Positions 20,465 to 29,856 of a DNA stretch of 64,000 nucleotides are shown piece after piece. Under the pieces are notes generated by a model. It saw only the letters and a program-made list of their open reading frames with translations, was not told the DNA's origin and searched no databases. Origin of the DNA: Clostridia bacterium (GTDB taxonomy: Bacteria > Bacillota > Clostridia > UBA1381 > UMGS1253); contig JAZNLB010000024.1 in the NCBI GenBank assembly GCA_045578865.1, positions 735-64,734 on the forward strand. The letters are read 5' to 3'. The position numbers were made by a program, and so were the translations under genes. Every line of letters starts with the position of its first letter. Position 1 is the first letter of the stretch.

Positions 20465-20517
20465 TGCAAATATAGGGCTATGGTGGCAAGTTTCACCTCG
20501 GCCCGCATAGGAAAGGT

Positions 20518-21546
20518 ATGATAGATGTGAAAGAAATGCTTGAGAAAATCAAGACAGAAGCGGCGTCAGCCATCGCAGGTGCCGCAGACTTAAAGGCACT
20601 CGACGATATTCGCGTGCAATACCTCGGTAAAAAGGGTGAAATTACCGCCGTACTGCGCGGTATGGGTTCGCTTACTGCCGAGGAAAGACCGATTGTAGGT
20701 GCGCTGGCAAATACAGTTCGTGAAGAAATCGAAACCCTGCTTTCCGCAAAGAACACCGATTTGTCCGCTAAGGCTATGGAAGCCAAAATGGCAACTGAAA
20801 AAATTGATGTAACGATTTCCGGAAAGCGTGCATCGCAGGGCAAACTTCATCCACTCTCGCAGGTGCTCTCCGAAATCAAGGACATCTTCATCGGTATGGG
20901 TTTTTCCATTGCAGACGGTCCGGATGTTGAGCTAGACTACTACAACTTTGAAGCCTTAAACATTCCCAAAAACCATCCGGCGCGAGATACCCAGGATACC
21001 TTCTACATCAACGACAATGTTGTTTTGCGTACGCAGACCTCTCCGGTACAGGTGCGCGTTATGGAAAAACAAAAGCCCCCGATTCGCGTAATTGCGCCGG
21101 GCAGAGTATACAGAAGCGATGCCGTGGACGCAACCCACTCCCCGCTCTTCCATCAGATTGAAGGTCTTGTGGTAGACAAAGGCATCACCATGGGCGACCT
21201 TAAAGGTACGCTTGAAACTTTTGTAAAAGCACTCTACGGTGAAGATGCAAAAGTGCGTTTTCGTCCGCATCATTTCCCGTTTACCGAGCCGAGCGCCGAA
21301 GTTGATGTTTCATGCTTCGTGTGCGGTGGCGAAGGCTGCCGTGTGTGCAAAGGCGAGGGCTGGATTGAAATTTTAGGTGCCGGAATGGTACATCCCAAGG
21401 TTCTCTCCGGCTGTGGCATCGACCCGGAAGAATACAGCGGTTTTGCATTCGGTCTCGGTCTCGAGCGCGTAGCAATGCGCCGCTATGATATTGACGATTT
21501 AAGACTGTTTTTCGAAAACGATCTTAAGTTCTTAAAACAGTTTTAA
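20518..21546 (+). CDS. pheS: Phenylalanine--tRNA ligase alpha subunit
   Basis: 342 aa. ...[11 protein letters not shown]..., [40 protein letters not shown]. Confidence 0.95.
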   Translation: MIDVKEMLEKIKTEAASAIAGAADLKALDDIRVQYLGKKGEITAVLRGMGSLTAEERPIVGALANTVREEIETLLSAKNTDLSAKAMEAKMATEKIDVTISGKRASQGKLHPLSQVLSEIKDIFIGMGFSIADGPDVELDYYNFEALNIPKNHPARDTQDTFYINDNVVLRTQTSPVQVRVMEKQKPPIRVIAPGRVYRSDAVDATHSPLFHQIEGLVVDKGITMGDLKGTLETFVKALYGEDAKVRFRPHHFPFTEPSAEVDVSCFVCGGEGCRVCKGEGWIEILGAGMVHPKVLSGCGIDPEEYSGFAFGLGLERVAMRRYDIDDLRLFFENDLKFLKQF

Positions 21547-21564
21547 GTAAAGGAGTGTGCTAAA

Positions 21565-23952
21565 ATGAAAGTATCCAAAAGTTGGTTAAATGAATTTGTT
21601 GATATTTCCGATATTACCCCGAAGCAGTATGCCGATGCACTCACCATGTCCGGCACAATGGTCGAAGGTTTCGAAGAACTCGGCGCGCAGCTTCAAAATG
21701 TGGTAACCGGTAAAATTTTAGAAATTACCAAACACGAAAATGCAGATTCTCTCGTTGTCTGTCAATTAGATGTAGGTGCAGAAAAGTTGCAAATCGTAAC
21801 CGGTGCAAAAAATGTAAAAGTTGGCCAGATTGTTCCAGTTGCTCTGCACGGCGCAAAACTCGCCGGCGGCGTAAACATTAAAAAAGGTAAACTCCGAGGT
21901 GTTGTTAGTGAGGGTATGCTTTGCTCGCACGAAGAACTCGGCATCACTGTGGAAGATTTAGGTTATGAGCCGGAATATGGTATTCTCATCTTGGACGAAA
22001 ACACCGAAATCGGTATTGATATCAAAGAGGTATTCGGATTAAACGAAACCGTGTTTGAATTTGAAATCACATCGAACCGTCCGGATTGCCAGAGTGTGCT
22101 CGGTCTTGCAAAAGAAACCGCAGTAACCTTTGACCGCCCGATTACACTGCACAAACCGGTGGCAGAAGGCAACAGCGATAATGTGGCAGATACCGTAATG
22201 GTAGATGTGCTCGACGCTGCTTACTGCCCGCGTTACTGTGCAAGAATGGTAAAGAATGTAAAAATCGGTCCTTCTCCGGACTGGATGGTAAAACGCTTAA
22301 AGGCATCGGGCATCCGCTCGATTAACAATATCGTGGACATCACAAACTACCTTTTGTTAGAGTACGGTCAGCCGATGCACGCATTTGATTTGCGCGACCT
22401 TGCCGGTGAGCACATTATCGTGCGCCGTGCAGAAGACGGTGAATGCATCACTACGCTTGACGAGGTTGAAAGAAAACTCGATTCTTCGATGCTTGTAATT
22501 GCAGATGAAAAGAGGGCCGTTGCCGTTGCAGGTGTAATGGGTGCGCTCAATTCCGAAGTAAAAGACGATACAACCACTGTTTTATTTGAAAGCGCAAACT
22601 TTGACGGAGCCTCCGTTCGTGTAACCGCAAAGAAACTCGGTCTCAGAACAGAAGCAAGCGCAAAATACGAAAAAGGCCTTGACCCGAACATGACCGCCGC
22701 CGCAGTAGACAGAGCGTGCGAACTCGTAGAAATGCTCGGTTGCGGCGAAGTTGTCGGCGGCATGATTGATGTATGCGCTAAGCTTCCCACGCCGCGCGTA
22801 CTAAAACTGCGCCCGGAAAAAATCAACGCATTTTTAGGTGCGGATATTGATACGGAATATATGATTTCCACTTTAGAAAAGCTGGAACTTTCCGTAAACC
22901 GTGAAACGATGGAGGTTACAGTGCCTACCTTGCGCCTCGACATCGAAAGTGAATCAGACCTGGCAGAAGAAATTGTACGCATCTACGGCTACAACAATAT
23001 TCCGTCCACGCTGATGGGCGGCGCCATCACCATCGGCGGCAAAAACCCGCAGCAAAAAATGGAGGATAAAATCAAATCCGTGTTGGTAGCAGAGGGTATG
23101 TATGAAATCATGACCTATTCGTTTACCAGCCCGACGATTTTTGATAAACTTCGTATTCCGGCAAACTCTGACAAGAGAAATGTAGTTGTCATTACCAATC
23201 CGCTTGGCGAAGAAAACTCCATTATGCGTACAACCACGCTTGCATCCATGATGGAAATTCTCTCGCGCAACTACAACCAGAGAAACGAAAATGCAAAACT
23301 GTTTGAAATCGCAAAGATTTACGAGCCGATTGCAGACGAGCAGTTGCCGAAGGAAACAAACATCGTAACCATCGGTACTTACGGCGAAGGAGACTTCTAC
23401 ACAATCAAAAGCAGCGTAGAAGAACTGTTCGACATTTTGGGTATCACGGACTACAAATTCCGTCCGGAAACCGAAAATCCAACCTATCACGGCGGCAGAT
23501 GTGCAAGTATTCACATCTGCGGTAAAATGGCAGGTTTCATCGGTCAGGCACATCCGCTCGTTGTGAAAAACTATGGTATGGATTGTGCTTGCTACTTGGC
23601 AGAAATCAGTTTTGACACTATCTTTGAAAACGCAAGTGCCGTTAAGACATATAAAAAACTGCCGAAATATCCGTCCGTTTCCAGAGACATCGCTATGCTG
23701 GTAGATGACGAGGTTCTCGCAGGCGATATTTATGACATCATCTCCCGCGCAGGCGGCAAACTGTTAACCGACATCACCCTCTTTGATGTATACAAAGGTA
23801 CGCAAATTCCGGAGGGCAAAAAGAGTATGGCCTACTCCGTAACCCTGCGTGCAGACGACCGCACACTCACCGAAGAAGAAATCAATAAGGTAATGAGTAA
23901 GATTCTGCGTAACCTCGAAGTACAGACCGGCGCCAAACTGCGTGAAAATTAA
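21565..23952 (+). CDS. pheT: Phenylalanine--tRNA ligase beta subunit
   Basis: 795 aa. N-terminal tRNA-binding (EMAP-like) domain MKVSKSWLNEFV..., then B3/4, B5 and FDX-ACB domains. Follows pheS by 18 nt and has an AAAGGAG RBS. Confidence 0.95.
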   Translation: MKVSKSWLNEFVDISDITPKQYADALTMSGTMVEGFEELGAQLQNVVTGKILEITKHENADSLVVCQLDVGAEKLQIVTGAKNVKVGQIVPVALHGAKLAGGVNIKKGKLRGVVSEGMLCSHEELGITVEDLGYEPEYGILILDENTEIGIDIKEVFGLNETVFEFEITSNRPDCQSVLGLAKETAVTFDRPITLHKPVAEGNSDNVADTVMVDVLDAAYCPRYCARMVKNVKIGPSPDWMVKRLKASGIRSINNIVDITNYLLLEYGQPMHAFDLRDLAGEHIIVRRAEDGECITTLDEVERKLDSSMLVIADEKRAVAVAGVMGALNSEVKDDTTTVLFESANFDGASVRVTAKKLGLRTEASAKYEKGLDPNMTAAAVDRACELVEMLGCGEVVGGMIDVCAKLPTPRVLKLRPEKINAFLGADIDTEYMISTLEKLELSVNRETMEVTVPTLRLDIESESDLAEEIVRIYGYNNIPSTLMGGAITIGGKNPQQKMEDKIKSVLVAEGMYEIMTYSFTSPTIFDKLRIPANSDKRNVVVITNPLGEENSIMRTTTLASMMEILSRNYNQRNENAKLFEIAKIYEPIADEQLPKETNIVTIGTYGEGDFYTIKSSVEELFDILGITDYKFRPETENPTYHGGRCASIHICGKMAGFIGQAHPLVVKNYGMDCACYLAEISFDTIFENASAVKTYKKLPKYPSVSRDIAMLVDDEVLAGDIYDIISRAGGKLLTDITLFDVYKGTQIPEGKKSMAYSVTLRADDRTLTEEEINKVMSKILRNLEVQTGAKLREN

Positions 23953-23980
23953 TCTTTACAGAACCTTCACAATTTTAACA

Positions 23981-24009
23981 TTGAACTGCAATATATTTTG
24001 TGTTATAAT
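23981..24009 (+). promoter_or_regulatory. Sigma-A promoter of ireB
   Basis: TTGAAC (23981-23986), 17-nt spacer, TATAAT (24004-24009). Confidence 0.65.
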
Positions 24010-24047
24010 AAAAACATAAACAAGATGTTTTATGAGGAGGGATTCCA

Positions 24048-24296
24048 ATGGACAACACCGTAAAAATCGGTCAAATTGATACCGAACGCGCCAAAGAAGT
24101 GCGCGAAATCATTCAAATTGTATACGAAGCGCTCAAACTCAAGGGTTATAATCCCGTCAGTCAGTTGGTCGGCTACATTCTGTCCGGCGACCCGACTTAT
24201 ATTACGAATTATAACAATGCCAGAAGTTTAATCGGCAAGGTTGAAAGCGACGAGATCTTGGAAGAACTTGTAAAATCGTATATTGCAGGATTTTAA
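24048..24296 (+). CDS. ireB: IreB family regulatory phosphoprotein (UPF0297/YrzL)
   Basis: 82 aa. ...[42 protein letters not shown]... is the highly conserved UPF0297 core. Confidence 0.85.
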   Translation: MDNTVKIGQIDTERAKEVREIIQIVYEALKLKGYNPVSQLVGYILSGDPTYITNYNNARSLIGKVESDEILEELVKSYIAGF

Positions 24297-24297
24297 T

Positions 24298-24337
24298 CAA
24301 AAGTCAGCCGAGTTACATTCGGCTGACTTTTGGTTTT
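24298..24337. terminator. Rho-independent terminator
   Basis: AAAAGTCAGCCG-AGTTACATT-CGGCTGACTTTTGGTTTT. Confidence 0.85.
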
Positions 24338-24414
24338 ATAAAAACTTTTTTCAACTTTGCTTTCCGCTATGACTAAGGTATAATATTTACAGAAACGAGG
24401 TGCCATCGGGCAAG

Positions 24415-24681
24415 ATGCAAAACAGAATCCGTTACATCCGAACCGAGCAAAACCTGACCCTCAAGGATGTCTGCAATCTGTATACTGTGCGTTTTAACCA
24501 AAAGTTATCCGTACAAACACTGCGAAAAATAGAAACAAACGCCTACGAACCGGCATTTGCTGTGTACCTAAATTTAGCAGATATATTTGAGGTAACAGTT
24601 GATTTTCTTCTCTGCCGTGCAGACGCGCCGCAGGAAGAAGTGCGTTTTCGTGCCAAAGGCATGATTGAGCCAGGAAAATAG
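24415..24681 (+). CDS. XRE-family helix-turn-helix transcriptional regulator
   Basis: 88 aa. IRYIRTEQNLTLKDVCN...SVQTLRKIETNAYEP...LADIFEVTVDFLL is an HTH_3 pattern. A promoter TTGCTT-16 nt-TATAAT lies at 24357-24384. A GTG at 24400 is an alternative start. Confidence 0.75.
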   Translation: MQNRIRYIRTEQNLTLKDVCNLYTVRFNQKLSVQTLRKIETNAYEPAFAVYLNLADIFEVTVDFLLCRADAPQEEVRFRAKGMIEPGK

Positions 24682-24740
24682 TTTTTAAAGCTTTTCTTTA
24701 TTACGATAGAATATTTTGAATTAAATATAAATCCATAAAC

Positions 24741-24772
24741 AAAAAGTTGTGTCCAAGGGACACAACTTTTTA
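24741..24772. terminator. Bidirectional terminator shared by the XRE gene and malQ
   Basis: AAAAAGTTGTGTCC-AA-GGGACACAACTTTTT. Confidence 0.85.
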
Positions 24773-26200
24773 TTATCTTGCGTACATCTGATTTAGTTCT
24801 TTAAAACGCTTTTTATCAATTCCGTCCAGTTGTTCTTTTGTAACACGGTATGCCCAGTTGCCGTCCGCCTTACCGGGAATATTGAGTCGAGTATCAGAAC
24901 CGTAACCAAGCAAATCCTGAATCGGCAATATCACCAGCCTTGCATGACTTGCAAACACCGTACGCAAAATGGTGTCACAACCACGCTCCCAATCGCCCGT
25001 ATGTCCGCAGTAACGAAGCATATACGCTCTTGCACTATCGCTAAGCTCCCACAGATAACCTAATAAAGTATTGTTATCATGCGTTCCAGTATAGGCTACA
25101 CAATTTTCAGGATAGTGATGCGGTCTGTGTGCGCTATCGCTTTCAGACAAAAAGCCGAATTGGAACACGCGCATCCCCGGAAAACCGCTCTCACGCACCA
25201 GGGCATGTACCTCCGGTGTAATATCGCCCAAATCCTCAGCAATAATTTCCGTATCCCCCGCCACTTGTTTTATAGCATCAACGAGCTTCATACCGGGGCC
25301 CTTTTCCCAATGCCCTTCACTTGCAGTTTGGGCATCACCGGGCACAGCCCAGTACGATTCGATACCGCGGAAGTGGTCAATACGCACCGCATCAAAAAGT
25401 TTAGACATATGTCTTATGCGATCACACCACCAGGTAAAACCATCCTTCTCCATTTCAGCCCAATTATAAATCGGGTTACCCCAAAGCTGACCGTCCGCAC
25501 AAAAATAATCCGGCGGCACGCCTGCCACCCACGCAGGATGTCTGTCCTCCTTCAAACAATACTGCGACTGATTGCTCCACACATCGCAGCTGTCATGCGC
25601 TACATAAATCGGAATATCGCCAATTATGCGAATCCCCTTCCCGTTTGCGTATGCCCTAATCTGCGCCCACTGCGCAAAAAACTCATACTGGATAAATTTC
25701 CACATAAACAGCACATCGGCATCCATAGTATCATTTGTCCACTCGTACCACGGTGCTTCATGATTCGCCGTCTTGCGCGCCATAAATTCGCAAAACTTTG
25801 CAAGGTGTTTCTCTTGTTCGATGAAATTCTCAATTTCTTTTCGATTGCCCACACGCTTAGATGCTTTCATCAAAAGCTCCAATCGCGTATGATACAAGCG
25901 CACAAACTCGCAGACATACGGATTTTGCTGACGGCAGGCATCCAGCTCTTCCGTCGTTACCAAGCCTTTACTTTCCAGCACTTTCAAATCCACAAAGTAA
26001 GGATTGCCGCCAAAGGTCGAGTAGGATTTGTATGGCGAATTACACTCATCCACCATGCAAAACGGTAATACCTGCCAGTAACTAAAACCAGTCTCAGCTA
26101 AAAAATCAATAAAACATTTCGCCTCGCTGCCGAAACTGCCGATAGAATAGTCTCCAAACAGCGATGATATATGCATCAGCACACCACTTTTTCTTTCCAT
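24773..26200 (-). CDS. malQ: 4-alpha-glucanotransferase (amylomaltase, GH77)
   Basis: MERKSGVLMHISSLFGDYSIGSFG...YWQVLPF..., IIGDIPIYVAHDSCDVW, RIDHFRG, IAEDLG, TGTHDN. Start is the ATG at 26200 after AAGGGGA; the track ORF extends to 26329. Confidence 0.92.
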   Translation of the reverse strand: MERKSGVLMHISSLFGDYSIGSFGSEAKCFIDFLAETGFSYWQVLPFCMVDECNSPYKSYSTFGGNPYFVDLKVLESKGLVTTEELDACRQQNPYVCEFVRLYHTRLELLMKASKRVGNRKEIENFIEQEKHLAKFCEFMARKTANHEAPWYEWTNDTMDADVLFMWKFIQYEFFAQWAQIRAYANGKGIRIIGDIPIYVAHDSCDVWSNQSQYCLKEDRHPAWVAGVPPDYFCADGQLWGNPIYNWAEMEKDGFTWWCDRIRHMSKLFDAVRIDHFRGIESYWAVPGDAQTASEGHWEKGPGMKLVDAIKQVAGDTEIIAEDLGDITPEVHALVRESGFPGMRVFQFGFLSESDSAHRPHHYPENCVAYTGTHDNNTLLGYLWELSDSARAYMLRYCGHTGDWERGCDTILRTVFASHARLVILPIQDLLGYGSDTRLNIPGKADGNWAYRVTKEQLDGIDKKRFKELNQMYAR

Positions 26201-26495
26201 GTCCCAAATCCCCTTACACATATTTTCTGCAAAATTGATAATCAGTACCGCATTATCCGTTCCATCCAGGACGGATAATGAATTCATGAACGGTGTCTTT
26301 GTGCAAGACACAAAAAACAAGTTTTTCAATATTTTGCCGCAAATTTACGGCATTCCAATACGACTCTGGCCAGCAAAGCACCTATTATATTTGATTTATT
26401 TCATTTACATGCTGTACTAATTATAGCAAACTCCCTTCTGATATGCAACAACGCGATGTAAAGTTTATAAAATTATTATTTTTTTAAATTACCCC

Positions 26496-26524
26496 TTTAC
26501 AAACCGAAAATAGTGTGTTATAAT
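26496..26524 (+). promoter_or_regulatory. Sigma-A promoter of tRNA-Gly
   Basis: TTTACA (26496-26501), 17-nt spacer, TATAAT (26519-26524). Confidence 0.7.
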
Positions 26525-26544
26525 AGGTCTCGTTCCAATGAAAT

Positions 26545-26619
26545 GCGGGAGTGGCTCAGTGGTAGAGCGTCACCTTGCCAAGGTGAACGTCGCGAGTTCG
26601 AATCTCGTCTTCCGCTCCA
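26545..26619 (+). tRNA. tRNA-Gly (anticodon GCC)
   Basis: GCGGGAG acceptor, anticodon arm TCACC-TTGCCAA-GGTGA, T-arm GCGAG-TTCGAAT-CTCGT, encoded TCCA. Confidence 0.95.
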
Positions 26620-26656
26620 AAAAGAACTAATCCATTTGGGTTAGTTCTTTTTTTAT
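26602..26656 (+). repeat. Direct repeat copy 1 (last 18 nt of tRNA-Gly plus its terminator)
   Basis: ATCTCGTCTTCCGCTCCAAAAAGAACTAATCCATTTGGGTTAGTTCTTTTTT is identical to 26797-26848, apart from one extra T in the T-run. Confidence 0.95.
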
Positions 26657-26727
26657 ATTCATAGACGAGATGAGAACGAGAAGAGTTCGTCGGAGCTGAC
26701 GCAAACACGCGATAGGGTTTGCGAACA

Positions 26728-26814
26728 GCGGAGTCCGGAGTACGCTTATCTGTTGGGCACCGCCCGCAGCGGTCAACAGATAAGTGAACGGACGGTATCT
26801 CGTCTTCCGCTCCA
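26728..26814 (+). ncRNA. tRNA-Gly-derived tRNA-like element or tRNA pseudogene (acceptor stem and CCA kept, anticodon region replaced by a long hairpin)
   Basis: 5' GCGGAG pairs with 3' TTCCGC-T-CCA. Extended hairpin CTTATCTGTTG (26745-26755) / CAACAGATAAG (26774-26784) is capped by ACCGC-CCGCA-GCGGT. GTGAACG and ATCTCGTCTTCCGCTCCA are shared with the true tRNA-Gly. The 5' half of the T-stem is missing. Confidence 0.45.
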
Positions 26815-26850
26815 AAAAGAACTAATCCATTTGGGTTAGTTCTTTTTTAT
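26797..26850 (+). repeat. Direct repeat copy 2 (tRNA-Gly 3' end plus terminator)
   Basis: Same 52-nt string as 26602-26653. It provides a terminator hairpin AAAAAGAACTAA-TCCATTTGG-GTTAGTTCTTTTTT for whatever is transcribed from the insert. Confidence 0.95.
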
Positions 26851-27690
26851 TTCTCCAAGTCGTATTTTTCCGCCACCGCATATCAATGCGTCGAGAATTT
26901 GTGTTTCCGTCAAATGTCCCACAGGACGCTGCATAGCATCAAACAAATGGACAATGTGATATTTGTCGTAAGAAAACCTTGCAACAATCTGTATTGCCGG
27001 CGTATCCGTCTGTGCCGCAAGATTGTGGACATACATAATTTTTTGCGCCGAAAGTTTTTTCTTGTATTCCGCCGTTTGCCGCATAACAAGATAGGTGTTG
27101 CTTTGCTTCTCTACACTGATATTAAAAAGCAAAAATGCGACCAGCACCATAAGTGACACATTAAATCGGCTGCTCCACAGCATACATAAAGCAAACAATC
27201 CGACAAAGAGCACGAAAAACCATGTCATCATTTGCGTAATTCTGAGTGCTCGCACAAGTCCCAGTCGTGCCGTCAGGTAAGCTTTAAGTATCCGTCCGCC
27301 ATCAAGCGGCAAAATCGGCAATAAATTTATAACAGCTATAGAAATGTTGGATACAAACAAGTAATGTATATTTTCATCCGATAAATCACAGGCAAAATAC
27401 AAACACAGTGCCATACACAAATTTGCCAGCGGTCCTACCGCACACAAAACCACCTCGTAAAACGGCTCAGAGATGCGATTATCTACCAACCGAAGCGTTA
27501 CCCCAAACGGTTGGATAACAAGGCCTCTGCATGCAATTTTAAGCCGTTTTGCCACTATGTAATGTGCAAGTTCGTGCAAAGCCAACACCAAATAGGAAAG
27601 CATAAGCCAGCGAAAAGACCCAACAAGTGCACAAAAGAGCAAAAGCACCGGCGTCCACAAACTGACATACAAATCCCCCGCCTTAATCAT
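26836..27690 (-). CDS. Site-2 protease family (M50) membrane metalloprotease, SpoIVFB-like
   Basis: HELAHYIVAKRL (HExxH) inside a TM segment, NLLPILPLDGGRIL (the NxxPxxxLDG motif), multiple TM segments, and a C-terminal soluble CBS-like domain. Confidence 0.7.
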   Translation of the reverse strand: MIKAGDLYVSLWTPVLLLFCALVGSFRWLMLSYLVLALHELAHYIVAKRLKIACRGLVIQPFGVTLRLVDNRISEPFYEVVLCAVGPLANLCMALCLYFACDLSDENIHYLFVSNISIAVINLLPILPLDGGRILKAYLTARLGLVRALRITQMMTWFFVLFVGLFALCMLWSSRFNVSLMVLVAFLLFNISVEKQSNTYLVMRQTAEYKKKLSAQKIMYVHNLAAQTDTPAIQIVARFSYDKYHIVHLFDAMQRPVGHLTETQILDALICGGGKIRLGEIKKN

Positions 27691-27961
27691 TTTGCGCCTC
27701 TACAATATGGTCACAAAACAAATTAACCGCCTCCACCGACTGTGTATATGCACCAACAAGGTCTTTTTCTCCGGTCAAGCAAGCCGCAATCTGGTTTTGC
27801 ACACGCAAATACAATTCTTGCCCATAAAAACGAATACCGGCAAGCATCAAAAATAGCAAAAGACACACAAGTGTGCGGAATACAAAACCTGACGCATATA
27901 AATTATACTTGTCTTCGGAATGTCTTGTCCTCATGTTTAATCTTTTATATCTTTTTTCCAT
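27683..27961 (-). CDS. Small single-pass membrane protein, overlapping the start of the M50 protease gene by 8 nt
   Basis: 92 aa from the ATG at 27961 after GGAGGG: basic N-terminus, one TM segment (FVFRTLVCLLLFLMLAGI), then a soluble tail. Confidence 0.5.
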   Translation of the reverse strand: MEKRYKRLNMRTRHSEDKYNLYASGFVFRTLVCLLLFLMLAGIRFYGQELYLRVQNQIAACLTGEKDLVGAYTQSVEAVNLFCDHIVEAQND

Positions 27962-28032
27962 AGCAATCCCTCCGATACAAGATATGAAAAAAGCGAGTAC
28001 AATATGTACTCGCTTTAAAATATCATTAAAAA

Positions 28033-29175
28033 TTACAGTCCTGCCTGCGCGCGCAAGGTATCTGCCATATCCGTCTTTTCCCAAGACAAATCCAAATCTT
28101 CACGACCCATATGACCATACGCCGCCGTCTGCTTATAAATCGGCCGTCTGAGTTCAAGTTTTTCGATAATTCCGAGCGGCGACAAATCAAAGTTTTTCTC
28201 AACCAACTCTGCAAGCTTCTCTTCCGAAACTTTTGCCGTACCGAAAGTTTCCACCAATACGGATACCGGCTTCGCTACGCCGATTGCATATGCAATCTGA
28301 ATTTCGCAGCGGTCAGCCAAACCCGCCTTTACAATATTTTTTGCAACATATCTTGCCGCATAAGCCGCAGAGCGGTCAACCTTCGTCGGGTCCTTGCCGG
28401 AAAATGCACCGCCGCCATGTCTACCCACACCGCCGTAAGTATCAACGATAATCTTTCGTCCGGTATGGCCGGAGTCACCCTGCGGACCGCCGACAACAAA
28501 TCTACCGGTCGGATTGATTAAAAACTTCGTATTTTCATCCACAAGTTCGGCCGGAAGTGTCGGCAAAATTACCTCTCGGATAATGTCTTCGCGCAGCGTT
28601 TCCATAGAAATGGTTTCATCGTGCTGACTGGATACAACCACAGTATCAATGCGTACCGGTTTATCATTTTCGTATTCAACAGTAACTTGTGTCTTGCCGT
28701 CCGGTCTAAGATAAGCCAAAAGCCCCTGTTTTCGCACATTCGTCAGGCGAAGTGCCATCTTATGTGCCAGATAAATCGGCATCGGCATCAGAGCCGGTGT
28801 TTCGTTACAAGCATAACCAAACATCATACCCTGGTCGCCCGCACCGGCTCTGTCTACGCCAAGTGCGATATCAGCAGACTGCTTATCCAGCGCAGTAATT
28901 ACGGCACAGGTATCACAGTCAAAACCATACTTTGCTCTGTCATATCCCGTTTCACGAACAGTCTGTCGCACGAGTGCCTGGATATCAATATCCGCTGTTG
29001 TGGAAATCTCGCCAACAACCATTACAAGACCCGTTGTAACCGTTACCTCACAGGCAACACGCCCCATCGGGTCCTTTTCTAAAATTGCATCAAGCACCGC
29101 ATCGGAAATCAAGTCTGATATTTTGTCCGGATGTCCCTCTGTGACGGACTCGGATGTAAAAAGTCTTCTAGCCAT
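28033..29175 (-). CDS. metK: S-adenosylmethionine synthetase
   Basis: [21 protein letters not shown]..., [31 protein letters not shown]. Confidence 0.96.
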   Translation of the reverse strand: MARRLFTSESVTEGHPDKISDLISDAVLDAILEKDPMGRVACEVTVTTGLVMVVGEISTTADIDIQALVRQTVRETGYDRAKYGFDCDTCAVITALDKQSADIALGVDRAGAGDQGMMFGYACNETPALMPMPIYLAHKMALRLTNVRKQGLLAYLRPDGKTQVTVEYENDKPVRIDTVVVSSQHDETISMETLREDIIREVILPTLPAELVDENTKFLINPTGRFVVGGPQGDSGHTGRKIIVDTYGGVGRHGGGAFSGKDPTKVDRSAAYAARYVAKNIVKAGLADRCEIQIAYAIGVAKPVSVLVETFGTAKVSEEKLAELVEKNFDLSPLGIIEKLELRRPIYKQTAAYGHMGREDLDLSWEKTDMADTLRAQAGL

Positions 29176-29311
29176 AACGCATACCTCATTCTTTCTATGC
29201 TATTTACTCGATTATTATATCGTACTTTATAAAAAAATGCAAGCAAAACAGATTTTTTGTATTGTTTTCTTTATCCGTTTGTGATAAATTGTAAAAAAAG
29301 GATGTGATTAT

Positions 29312-29683
29312 ATGATAAAAGAAGATATCAGTTCTTCCATGTGTATTGCATTTGCCAAAAATCTTCGTGCCTTGCGTACACTGCACGGCCATTCACAAGG
29401 CGAACTTTCGGCAAAATTAAACTTATCCAAAAGCTGTATATCAAATTATGAAAATGCCATGCGACTGCCTGATGCAAATACACTCGACAGAATTTCTAAG
29501 TTGTACGGAGTTTCAATGGAATATTTAGTCGGCTCGTCCAAGCGCCCGAGGCACCACACCGCCGAAGACAAGTACATAGACAAGCAACGCTATTTAGATT
29601 TAAACAACCTATCCTGCGAGCATCAACGCACGATAAGAGAAATCTATGAGCTTTTCTATGTAAAAGATAACCGCTATAAATAA
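29312..29683 (+). CDS. XRE-family helix-turn-helix transcriptional regulator
   Basis: FAKNLRALRTLHGHSQGELSAKLNLSKSCISNYENAMRLPDANTLDRISKLYGVSMEYLVG is an HTH_3 pattern. AAAGGATG lies before the ATG. Confidence 0.75.
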   Translation: MIKEDISSSMCIAFAKNLRALRTLHGHSQGELSAKLNLSKSCISNYENAMRLPDANTLDRISKLYGVSMEYLVGSSKRPRHHTAEDKYIDKQRYLDLNNLSCEHQRTIREIYELFYVKDNRYK

Positions 29684-29814
29684 CCATGATAAAAAAGACA
29701 GAATCCTAATGCGCTAACTTTCCGGATTTTGCGAGAGAATTTTGTAAGACTTTTATAAAACTTTTTCTGCTGTTTTCTGTACTTTTTAGCGTTTTTCATT
29801 TTTTCACAAAAGAA

Positions 29815-29852
29815 TACAAAAAAGCCGCAAACCATTGGGGTTAGCGGCTTTT
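29815..29852 (-). terminator. Rho-independent terminator of tRNA-Lys
   Basis: On the minus strand, AAAAGCCGCTAACCCCAATGGTTTGCGGCTTTTTT. Confidence 0.75.
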
Positions 29853-29856
29853 CGCT

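Noticed and set aside
20231-20521. 96-aa plus-strand and 87-aa minus-strand ORFs in the pheS leader
   Set aside because: They cover the T-box antiterminator and terminator and the structured spacer. Neither has an RBS.
25079-26068. 329-aa plus-strand ORF
   Set aside because: It is antisense to malQ, whose GH77 motifs are unambiguous. The composition is Arg/His/Ile-rich, as expected for an antisense frame.
26627-26815. 62-aa minus-strand ORF inside the tRNA-Gly duplication
   Set aside because: It has no RBS, spans the repeat and the terminator, and the region is better explained by RNA-type hairpins.
29176-29311. SAM riboswitch expected upstream of metK
   Set aside because: The spacer is only 136 nt and AT-rich, with none of the conserved SAM-I/S-box helices. 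It appears to hold only divergent promoters.
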